Assembly (NCBI RefSeq): GCF_000185805.1
Contig: NC_014926.1
Coordinates: 264,418 to 328,417 of the forward strand
Origin: Thermovibrio ammonificans HB-1
GTDB taxonomy: Bacteria; Aquificota; Aquificia; Desulfurobacteriales; Desulfurobacteriaceae
Length of the DNA stretch: 64,000 nucleotides
Reading direction: 5' to 3'
Shown here: piece after piece, positions 56,792-64,000 of the stretch
Layout: the number at the start of each line of letters is the position of its first letter
How positions within the stretch are numbered: the first letter of the stretch is position 1
The notes under the pieces: generated by a model
What the model saw: the letters and a program-made list of their open reading frames with translations, nothing else
Database searches by the model: none
What the model was told of the DNA's origin: nothing
Made by a program: the position numbers and the translations under genes

Positions 56792-57331
56792 GTTTGAAAT
56801 GCCCTATAAGGGATTGTGACGTCAGGTGGTTGTAGAGGACGTAGTGGCCGTTGACGGGTTTGAAATGCCCTATAAGGGATTGTGACTTCGAGAACCATCT
56901 GGTTAACCCTCTGAGGAGTTACGTTTGAAATGCCCTATAAGGGATTGTGACACGCTTTCGAGGGCCGAAATCAGCTTCCCTGCTGCGGTTTGAAATGCCC
57001 TATAAGGGATTGTGACCAAGGGTGAGAGTCTGGGGCGTGTCGTTCATTACCGGGTTTGAAATGCCCTATAAGGGATTGTGACTTTTTACGAATAAGTTTT
57101 TCAAACCTGTGAGAAGCAAAGTTTGAAATGCCCTATAAGGGATTGTGACCCTCGTCTGGCCGACGGGCGGCGGTTGATTAGGTTCAGGTTTGAAATGCCC
57201 TATAAGGGATTGCGACGAGTAATCGTAGTCGTAGCGGACCACGGCACCCTATAAGGGATTGTGCCTTGCTTTTTCACGAACTCGGAGTAGGCCTTCTTAA
57301 CGGTTTGAAACGCCCTACAAGGGATTACATC
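56792..57331 (+). CRISPR. CRISPR array: nine repeats (two terminal degenerate), eight spacers; no adjacent cas genes
   Basis: 29-nt repeat GTTTGAAATGCCCTATAAGGGATTGTGAC at 56792, 56858, 56923, 56988, 57054, 57121 and 57188 (the last with one mismatch), with 36-38-nt unique spacers. Decayed copies at 57245-57265 and 57303-57331. An AT-rich leader-like stretch lies upstream at 56560-56790. Confidence 0.9.
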
Positions 57332-57395
57332 GGGCGGCTGTGGTGAGTGGAATAGCAGGGCTTTCCCTGAGCTCGGTTTTAATGGTTGCTTAAGC

Positions 57396-58838
57396 CTACT
57401 CTTTCCAGAAGGAGGGGAGCAGCAGGGTCAGAACAGACATTACCTCGAGCCTTCCTAAAACCATCTCTATGGAAAGGAGCAGTTTGTCTATCGGTGAGAA
57501 AAAGGCAAAGTTCCCTGCCGGCCCTACTTTTTCGAGCCCGGGGCCCGAGCCGGTTATACAGGCAACCGATGCCGAAAACGAGGTGATTATGTCGTGGCCG
57601 GAAAGGGAAATTAGGAACCCGAACAGCAGGGTTGTAGAGAAGAATATCGAGATAAACGCCCATATGTTGTTCATCAGCGAGTAGTCTACAACTTTCTTCC
57701 CGAGGACTATCCTGTAAACCATTCGCGGGTGAAGGGTTTTCTTCATCTCGTAGTAGGTGGTTTTTGCCATTGTTACTATTCTGAACTGCTTTAACCCTCC
57801 GGCTGTAGAGCCCGAGCTTCCCCCCATAATCTCAAGCAGCATCATTAAGGCCTGTGTAACCGGCGGCCACTTGGTGTAGTCGGCTACGCCAAAGCCTGTT
57901 GTTGTTATTGCAGATATAACTGCAAAGGAGCCGAACCTCAGGGCCTCAAGTAGCGAGTGGTAGGTCCCCTTAAAGTATAGAACCAAAGTGGTAAACGCTA
58001 CGGCAAAAGCAACTATGGCCATAAAGGAGCGGAACTCGTAATAGGAGTAAATCGCTTTCAGCGAGCGGTTTTTAAGGGCCAGGTAGTAGGTGAGCAGGTT
58101 TGTGGCTCCTGCCAGCATGAAAAAGGAAACAATCACCTCTATAAGGGGGGAGTGGTATTCACCTATACTGCCGTTTTTCGTTGAGAACCCTCCCGTTGCT
58201 ATTGTTGCAAAGGCGTGGTTAACTGCGTCGTAAAGGGGCATACCGGCCGCAACAAGGGCTATCACCTCTGCCGCCGTTAGAGCCACGTAAACGGCGAGAA
58301 TCACCCTTGCCATCTCTTTAACTTTGGGAACGAGCCGCTCCTCTACCGCTTTCGACGCCTCGAACCGCATCAGTTGGGCTCCTCCCGCTCCGAAGGCCGG
58401 CAGAACCGAAAGGGAGAAGACAACGAACCCTACGCCCCCTATCCAGTGGGTTGTTGAGCGCCACAGTAGAACGCTCTTTGGTAGCGCCTCTATGTTTGTG
58501 AGAATAGAGGCTCCCGTGGTTGTAAAACCGGAAACCGATTCAAAGTAGGCGTCTATAAAGTTTTTTATTGCTCCGGTCTCCTGGTAGACAAGTGCCGATA
58601 TCGCCGGGAACAGAAACCAGGTAAGGCTGACTGTAAGCAGGGCCTCTTTTATGTTCAGCTCCCCACCCTCTATCTGCAGGGCTATCAGGAACAGCGCCCC
58701 CGTAAGGGCTACGGGGTATAAGTAGTAGTGGAACAGGCCGTCTTTACACCAGAGGGAGTAGAAGAAGGGGATAAAGTAGGAGAGGCTCAGGAAAAAGAGT
58801 AAAGTGGCAACGTATTTGAATACCAGCTGAAACCTCAT
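57396..58838 (-). CDS. trkH: Trk-type potassium uptake protein TrkH
   Basis: 480-aa polytopic membrane protein of the TrkH/KtrB family. Confidence 0.85.
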   Translation of the reverse strand: MRFQLVFKYVATLLFFLSLSYFIPFFYSLWCKDGLFHYYLYPVALTGALFLIALQIEGGELNIKEALLTVSLTWFLFPAISALVYQETGAIKNFIDAYFESVSGFTTTGASILTNIEALPKSVLLWRSTTHWIGGVGFVVFSLSVLPAFGAGGAQLMRFEASKAVEERLVPKVKEMARVILAVYVALTAAEVIALVAAGMPLYDAVNHAFATIATGGFSTKNGSIGEYHSPLIEVIVSFFMLAGATNLLTYYLALKNRSLKAIYSYYEFRSFMAIVAFAVAFTTLVLYFKGTYHSLLEALRFGSFAVISAITTTGFGVADYTKWPPVTQALMMLLEIMGGSSGSTAGGLKQFRIVTMAKTTYYEMKKTLHPRMVYRIVLGKKVVDYSLMNNIWAFISIFFSTTLLFGFLISLSGHDIITSFSASVACITGSGPGLEKVGPAGNFAFFSPIDKLLLSIEMVLGRLEVMSVLTLLLPSFWKE

Positions 58839-58841
58839 TGC

Positions 58842-60137
58842 CTACCTTCTCTTTACGCAGATAACCGTATCTCCGGGCTCAATTACCGTTTCCCCGGTTG
58901 CTAAGAGAACGGTGTTCCCCCTCTTTATGGCGATAATCAAATTGCACTCACCTTTTAGGAACTGCTTGGCCTCTTTCACTTTGAAAGACCTCTCTGCCGA
59001 TACCCGAATCTCTATAACGTCTAAGTTCTCGGCAAGCTCCAGGAACTCCAAAACGGCCCTCTTGCTTAGGCTCCTGTAAACCTTAGAGGCTATGAGCTTC
59101 CTCGGAACTATCGGTATGTCAACGCCTATAGACTCTATAATCGTTTCGTATTCCGGGTGGAATATGAGGGCGCACGCCCTTTTGCACTTAAACTTCTTTG
59201 CGAGAATTGCAGAGAGAACGTTACTCTCTTCGTCGTCCGATACGGCAACCGTTAAGTCGGCCTTCTCTATCTCCTCTTCCTTCAAAAGCTCTACGTCGGT
59301 AGGTTCTCCGTGTAGAACCATAACGTTGGGAAACTTGCCTGCAATCTCCTCGCACACGCTGAGGTCCGGCGAGATGAACTTAACGGTTACCTCCTTCGTC
59401 TCAGAGAGCTTAAGGAGTATCTCGTCGGTGTAGCGTGAGTAACCCAAAACGAAAACCAGCCTTGTAGGTGTGTAGGATATCTGTAGGGTCTCAACCAGCC
59501 TGTAAACGTCTTGCTCTTTAACTGCAACGTAGATTTTATCCCCGGGGTAGAGGGTGGTTTTGCCGTTGGGTATCAGTATCTCTCCTTCCCTTTCTACCGC
59601 TACAACTGTAAACTCTACCGAGCGGCGCGCTTCTTGGAGCTCTTCGAGCCGTTTGCCGGCAAGGAAGTCCTCTACCTTAACTTCGTACTTGAAAATCAGG
59701 AGTCCTTCGTTTTCCAGCCTGCTTACAGACAGGGCAAAGGGGTAACGAACGGCCATTACAACCGTTGTGACCACCTCGCTTAAAACGTTAACCGTTTCGT
59801 AGCCCAAAAGCTCCTTTACCGGCGGAGACGAAAAGGCCTTATTGTTTACCCTTACGATGATGTGTTTCTTCTGAAACAGCGACCGTAGAAGAACCGCTAT
59901 GGAAACGTTCTTTTCGTCGTTTTCGGTAACAACTATGAAAAGGTCGAAGTCTTTGACCTGCTTCAGGCAGTTAACTTCAAGGGCGTTGCAGGTAACCCCG
60001 AGAACGTCGTAGCTGTAGGCTATCTGCTCAACCTTTGAGGGGTCTACGTCTACTACGGCTACCTCGTAGCCCTCTTTAGAGAGCCTCTTTGCAAGGTAAC
60101 TGCCGACAACGCCGGCTCCAATTATAGCTACGCGCAT
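58842..60137 (-). CDS. trkA: Trk system potassium uptake protein TrkA
   Basis: Two RCK-N/RCK-C units. N-terminal NAD-binding motif MRVAIIGAGVVG. Confidence 0.85.
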   Translation of the reverse strand: MRVAIIGAGVVGSYLAKRLSKEGYEVAVVDVDPSKVEQIAYSYDVLGVTCNALEVNCLKQVKDFDLFIVVTENDEKNVSIAVLLRSLFQKKHIIVRVNNKAFSSPPVKELLGYETVNVLSEVVTTVVMAVRYPFALSVSRLENEGLLIFKYEVKVEDFLAGKRLEELQEARRSVEFTVVAVEREGEILIPNGKTTLYPGDKIYVAVKEQDVYRLVETLQISYTPTRLVFVLGYSRYTDEILLKLSETKEVTVKFISPDLSVCEEIAGKFPNVMVLHGEPTDVELLKEEEIEKADLTVAVSDDEESNVLSAILAKKFKCKRACALIFHPEYETIIESIGVDIPIVPRKLIASKVYRSLSKRAVLEFLELAENLDVIEIRVSAERSFKVKEAKQFLKGECNLIIAIKRGNTVLLATGETVIEPGDTVICVKRR

Positions 60138-60193
60138 CGGACTCCTTCTCGGTTTTTTTAAAGTGGGGGCGCAGAGCCCCCACCATTATATTC

Positions 60194-61204
60194 CTACTGC
60201 GCGTAGCTGTGAAGGCCCGGAATTATAAGGTTTACGCCGTAGTAGGTGAATATAACGCTGAGGAATCCCACAATTGTGAAGTAGGCAAGGGGTTTACCGG
60301 AAAGTCCCTTAATGTAGCGGGCGTGGAGGTATGCTGCGTAAACGAGCCAGGTAATCAGCGACCAGGTCTCTTTAGGGTCCCAAGACCAGTAGCCGCCCCA
60401 AGCGTACTTTGCCCAAACGGCACCGAGGATGATTCCGATTGTTAAGAAAACGAATCCGACTGCAACCGACTGGTACATAATCTGTTCCATCAGCTGAGTA
60501 GAGGGGAATATCTTCGATACGCCGGTTTTCTTAATGAGGTAGAGTATTCCGCAGAAAATGGCGGCTGCAACTGCAGAAACGGCAAGGAACAGGGGAACGT
60601 TCTCCCTGTAGGCAGAGTAGATGATGAAGAAGAAGATGAACCAAGTGGTTACGAAAACCACCGCCCAGTCTTTTGCCGTTGTGTCGTCCCTCTTGGCAAA
60701 GTAGGCGTAGGCTACACCTGCACTTACGGCTGCCGCTGCGTAGCCAATGAAGGTTGTTACAACGTGGAACAGTAGCCAGTTACTCTGGAGCGCGGGAACG
60801 AGGGGTTGGGCTTCCTCGCTGAAGCCGAGGATTTGGGTTGAGAGCTCCCCTATGAGGGCCAAGGGGATTACGAACATCCCGAAGGCCTTGTTCTTGTACT
60901 TCCACTCAAAGAGCAGGTAGAGGAGAACTGCGGTCCAGCCAAAGAGCATGAGGGATTCGTACATGTTGGTGAAGGGGGCGTACTTGTAGAAGGCGGTCCA
61001 GTCGGAGACCATGTTCACCCGGGCTTTCTCTATACCCCTCAGGATGAAACCGGCTCCCTGGATGATTACGCCGAGCCAGGCAAAGCCCGTGGCCAGCTTA
61101 GACGACCACGAAGACTTGGAGAAGGTGTAGATGGTGTAGAAGAGAAACGCCAGGAAGTAGGCAACCATTCCGGCGTTAAACAGCGTTACCGAGGTGATTG
61201 TCAT
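60194..61204 (-). CDS. ccsA: cytochrome c-type biogenesis protein CcsA/ResC
   Basis: Trp-rich WWD segment WGGYWSWDPKETWSLITW. Confidence 0.85.
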   Translation of the reverse strand: MTITSVTLFNAGMVAYFLAFLFYTIYTFSKSSWSSKLATGFAWLGVIIQGAGFILRGIEKARVNMVSDWTAFYKYAPFTNMYESLMLFGWTAVLLYLLFEWKYKNKAFGMFVIPLALIGELSTQILGFSEEAQPLVPALQSNWLLFHVVTTFIGYAAAAVSAGVAYAYFAKRDDTTAKDWAVVFVTTWFIFFFIIYSAYRENVPLFLAVSAVAAAIFCGILYLIKKTGVSKIFPSTQLMEQIMYQSVAVGFVFLTIGIILGAVWAKYAWGGYWSWDPKETWSLITWLVYAAYLHARYIKGLSGKPLAYFTIVGFLSVIFTYYGVNLIIPGLHSYAQ

Positions 61205-62532
61205 GACTCATCCTCCTTAGGGGTATTTTGGCAGTATGAAGACTTTAAAACCCCTAAGACCTTCTCCAAGTCTTGGGCCAGCCCCTCTGTTCCTTTATTT
61301 GTAAGGCCTCCTATTACAAGCCTCGTTTTCTCTTCACCCTTCTTCTCTATTCTCGCCCACACTCTCCTGTGGGGAACGAAGAAGGCGACTATAAGTCCCA
61401 CTATTAATATTGTGCTGCCCACCCATACTATCCAAGTTCCCGGGTCTTTGGATACCTGGAGTCCGGTGTAGAAGACTGGCTTGAAGTCTACAACCGAGAA
61501 GAGCTTGTCGGTTCCCGGAACTCTGTAGAACATGAAGGGCCTTATTGTGGCGTCTTGGACCTTTCCGTTCTCTATCAGCTCAACGCCCAGGGTTCCGGTG
61601 TTACCGTCGAGGCTGACTATTCTCAGGTAAACGCCTTTACCGAACTTCACAGGTTGGCCGAAGGCCACACCCACCAGTTTTTCGTGGCCTTTGGTGTCCC
61701 TTACCCTCAGGAAGGCCTCTCCCTGCCCGTAGCTTGCCTGGTAGAAGTAGATGCCCCTGTACTTTAGGGGCTTGTTAACTTCTATCGTTTTCCTTAGAAC
61801 GGGTTTACCGTTCTCTATGATGGTTAGGTCGGAGATGTAGGCTTTCGGCATTCCAGAGGGGTAGAAGTCTATTTTGAACTTGTTGCACTTAACGTAGAAG
61901 GGCAGCTCTATTATTTTGGGGCCCGAGAAGAAGCTTACGAGGTTGCTTGCCGTTCCCTCTGCAAGGTTCATGTAGCCCCTGTAGCCGAATATGGCGGTTA
62001 CGAGCCCGCCGATGAGAACGACCAGAACTCCCAGGTGGACTATGTACACGCCGAACCGGGCGAATACGTGTTTATCGGCGAATACGTGGATTTCGTTTTC
62101 GGTCTCTTTGGCCACTTCTACTTTGTATTTCAGCTGTTTTAGGGCTTCTATTACCTTCTCTTTTACTGCCTGAGCGGGTGCCGATAGGGTTATGGAGTGG
62201 GAGACCCTGAGGCTCTTTTCATACCCCGGAGGAAGCGTTTTCCGGGGCTCCATGGCCACTTTCCAGATTTTCGGGAGCCTCTTTATTGAGCAGACAATCA
62301 GGTTTATGGCAAGGAGCGTGAGGAGCGAGATGTACCACCAGGAGTGGTAAACGTCGGTGAAACCGAGGAACTTCATTATTTTGTAGGTGGTTTCACCGTA
62401 TTCCATGAGGTACTTTTCGGGGTTCTGCTGCTGTTCGATGATTGTTCCGACGATGGAGGTGACTGCCAGGGTGAGGAGGAGAACAATCGCCAGCTTAACC
62501 GAGCTGAAGAAGTCGTATATGGCTTTGAACAT
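61201..62532 (-). CDS. ccsB: cytochrome c biogenesis protein CcsB/ResB (Ccs1)
   Basis: N-terminal transmembrane helices, a large periplasmic domain and a C-terminal transmembrane helix. Overlaps ccsA. Confidence 0.8.
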   Translation of the reverse strand: MFKAIYDFFSSVKLAIVLLLTLAVTSIVGTIIEQQQNPEKYLMEYGETTYKIMKFLGFTDVYHSWWYISLLTLLAINLIVCSIKRLPKIWKVAMEPRKTLPPGYEKSLRVSHSITLSAPAQAVKEKVIEALKQLKYKVEVAKETENEIHVFADKHVFARFGVYIVHLGVLVVLIGGLVTAIFGYRGYMNLAEGTASNLVSFFSGPKIIELPFYVKCNKFKIDFYPSGMPKAYISDLTIIENGKPVLRKTIEVNKPLKYRGIYFYQASYGQGEAFLRVRDTKGHEKLVGVAFGQPVKFGKGVYLRIVSLDGNTGTLGVELIENGKVQDATIRPFMFYRVPGTDKLFSVVDFKPVFYTGLQVSKDPGTWIVWVGSTILIVGLIVAFFVPHRRVWARIEKKGEEKTRLVIGGLTNKGTEGLAQDLEKVLGVLKSSYCQNTPKEDES

Positions 62533-62578
62533 CGGCGGCTCCTTGCTGTCTGTGTTTTCGCACTTTCAGGATATTTAA

Positions 62579-63703
62579 TCAAAGGGTATTAGAAAAGTCA
62601 AGAATTCCAAATTGTTGCCCCTCTTTAATCAAAGGCTCGAAAGGGGTTGAGTGGTTTCCTTTTGCTACTGTAAATAGTGCGGTTTCGCCATAGTGTTGTA
62701 GGTTTAAAACCTTTGCACCTTTGTAGGTGATGAGGGGTAGGAGCTCCCTCAGCGGAACTCTGCAGCCGAGCTGGTAGTAAAGGCACCGAAGCTCTTCAAC
62801 TACCGATAGTGAAACGTTGCTGCTGAGTCCGTCGGTCCCGAGCCCTACTTTCTCTAATGTGAGTAGCTCTTCAACGGGCGGGAAGCCGGTTTTAAGGTGG
62901 AGGTTGCTTCTGGGGCACAGAACTGCCGAGGCTTTGGCCTTCCTCAGCTCTTTTGCTTCTTTGGGGCTCAGGTTTGTGCAGTGGACTGCTATGAGGTTTT
63001 CGTTTAGGGCGTTGAGTTTTTTGAGGTAGTCCACTATCCCTTCTGCACAGAGTTTCTCGTACCGTTTTCTGCCTATGGTGGGGTAGATGAGGCTTTCGAA
63101 CCTGTTGGGCAGGCACTTGGCAAAGAGCTGTTCGTCGGGGGTTTCTGCAAGGTGCATCTGGAATTTGTATCCCCTTTCGAGGCTGTCGGTTGCTATCTTT
63201 TTTATGGCCGTTGCCGAAACCGAGTAGATTGAGTGGATTGAGAGGGGAGGGGGGATTTCTTTGGGGTTTAGGTCTTTTCCTATGAACTCTCTGAAGGTAA
63301 CTGCTTTAACCGGCAGTTTTACGCTGGGGGCAACCCCGAAGGAGGAGATATCGCCTACGTAGTAGGTTCCGCTCTTTTTTATCAGCTCTGCCCCTTTCCT
63401 GACGGCCCTTTCTATCTCTGGGAGCGTTTTTGTTGCCCTGCTTCCGATTATCCACAGGAGCCACTGGAAGAAGTCTTTGAAGTTATCGGGGTTGAAGTTG
63501 AGGTTTGAGAGCTCTAAGTGGGTGTGGCAGTTTACAAAGGGCGGGTAGAGAACCCCTTCTATTTGAATCCACTTTTTGAACTCGCCTTCCGGCTTGCGCC
63601 TGTGGTAGGCCTCTATTCGGCCGTTTTTTATTACTATGAAGGGGTTTTTAAGGACTTCCCCGTTCGGTTTTACGGCCCAGGATGGGTTAATTACCGCTCT
63701 CAC
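62579..63703 (-). CDS. amidohydrolase-family metal-dependent hydrolase/deaminase
   Basis: Metal-binding His at CHTHLELSN and the later HLAE and HCTNL motifs. GTG start. Confidence 0.65.
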   Translation of the reverse strand: MRAVINPSWAVKPNGEVLKNPFIVIKNGRIEAYHRRKPEGEFKKWIQIEGVLYPPFVNCHTHLELSNLNFNPDNFKDFFQWLLWIIGSRATKTLPEIERAVRKGAELIKKSGTYYVGDISSFGVAPSVKLPVKAVTFREFIGKDLNPKEIPPPLSIHSIYSVSATAIKKIATDSLERGYKFQMHLAETPDEQLFAKCLPNRFESLIYPTIGRKRYEKLCAEGIVDYLKKLNALNENLIAVHCTNLSPKEAKELRKAKASAVLCPRSNLHLKTGFPPVEELLTLEKVGLGTDGLSSNVSLSVVEELRCLYYQLGCRVPLRELLPLITYKGAKVLNLQHYGETALFTVAKGNHSTPFEPLIKEGQQFGILDFSNTL

Positions 63704-64000
63704 AGTGGATTCCTTTTACCAGTTTTGCGGCCTCTTCTTTTGTAGAGACTTTGCCGAGGGCCTGAAGCTCCAGTAGTTTCTCTTTTATTTTCCCTACGCA
63801 TTTGCCCGGTTTTGAGAGCCCTTTGATTTCCATTATCTCCTCGCCTGTAAGTAGGGGCTTTAGGTTTTTAATTCGTTCTTTAAAGAATTTAATCAGGTGG
63901 CGGGTGAACTCGGTGTAGAGGGGAAGCTCTTTCTCTTTCTCCCGGGAGGTTGCGCACAGGTCGGCGGCTCCGTGTAGGAGAACGTGGGGGGCGTAGGGTT
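63684..64000 (-). CDS. C-terminal fragment of a tRNA nucleotidyltransferase / poly(A) polymerase-family protein (partial; N-terminus lies beyond the window)
   Basis: The reverse frame reads through to the window edge as ...LLTGEEIMEIKGLSKPGKCVGKIKEKL..., which resembles the CCA-adding-enzyme C-terminal LLTGxDLxxLGxKPGPxxGxIL segment. Confidence 0.35.

Noticed and set aside
56792-57331. Considered that the CRISPR array was co-transferred with island B.
   Set aside because: Array, repeats and spacers have host-like GC and lie in a GC-normal neighbourhood 7.6 kb away, separated by at least ten housekeeping genes. Separate ancestry is more parsimonious.

Overview
This 64-kb window looks like an Aquificae-like chromosome. 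Most of it is housekeeping DNA of roughly 50-58% GC, interrupted by two strongly AT-rich islands (about 30% GC) and one orphan CRISPR array. The core genes include mtnP, queF, rplY-pth, rpsF-ssb-rpsR-rplI, speH, rsmI, ridA, arsR, accD, mfd, oprP-like/pstS, uvrA, gltB, purH, alr, prmA, hslVU, pepP, tgt, leuD/leuB, asd, trkAH and ccsAB. There are seven tRNAs: Glu, a Thr-Tyr-fMet-Trp operon, and Phe-Leu. Island A (35762-37970) lies directly 3' of tRNA-Leu and carries a single GmrSD-like DUF262/DUF1524 gene, a candidate type IV restriction nuclease. Island B (41268-49200) sits between pepP and tgt and encodes six overlapping minus-strand genes that read as a type III (Cmr-like) effector. Its order is cmr1-cmr6-large subunit-cmr4-cmr5-cmr3, which is subtype III-C-like. 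The 1034-aa large subunit has no recognisable HD or GGDD catalytic motifs, and the island has no cas6, cas1/cas2, CARF genes or CRISPR array. A nine-repeat, host-GC CRISPR array (56792-57331) lies 7.6 kb away with no adjacent cas genes. This foreign-composition, apparently signalling-dead Cmr module is the main candidate for an unusual or poorly described system. All functional calls are made by eye from motifs, with no searches run.
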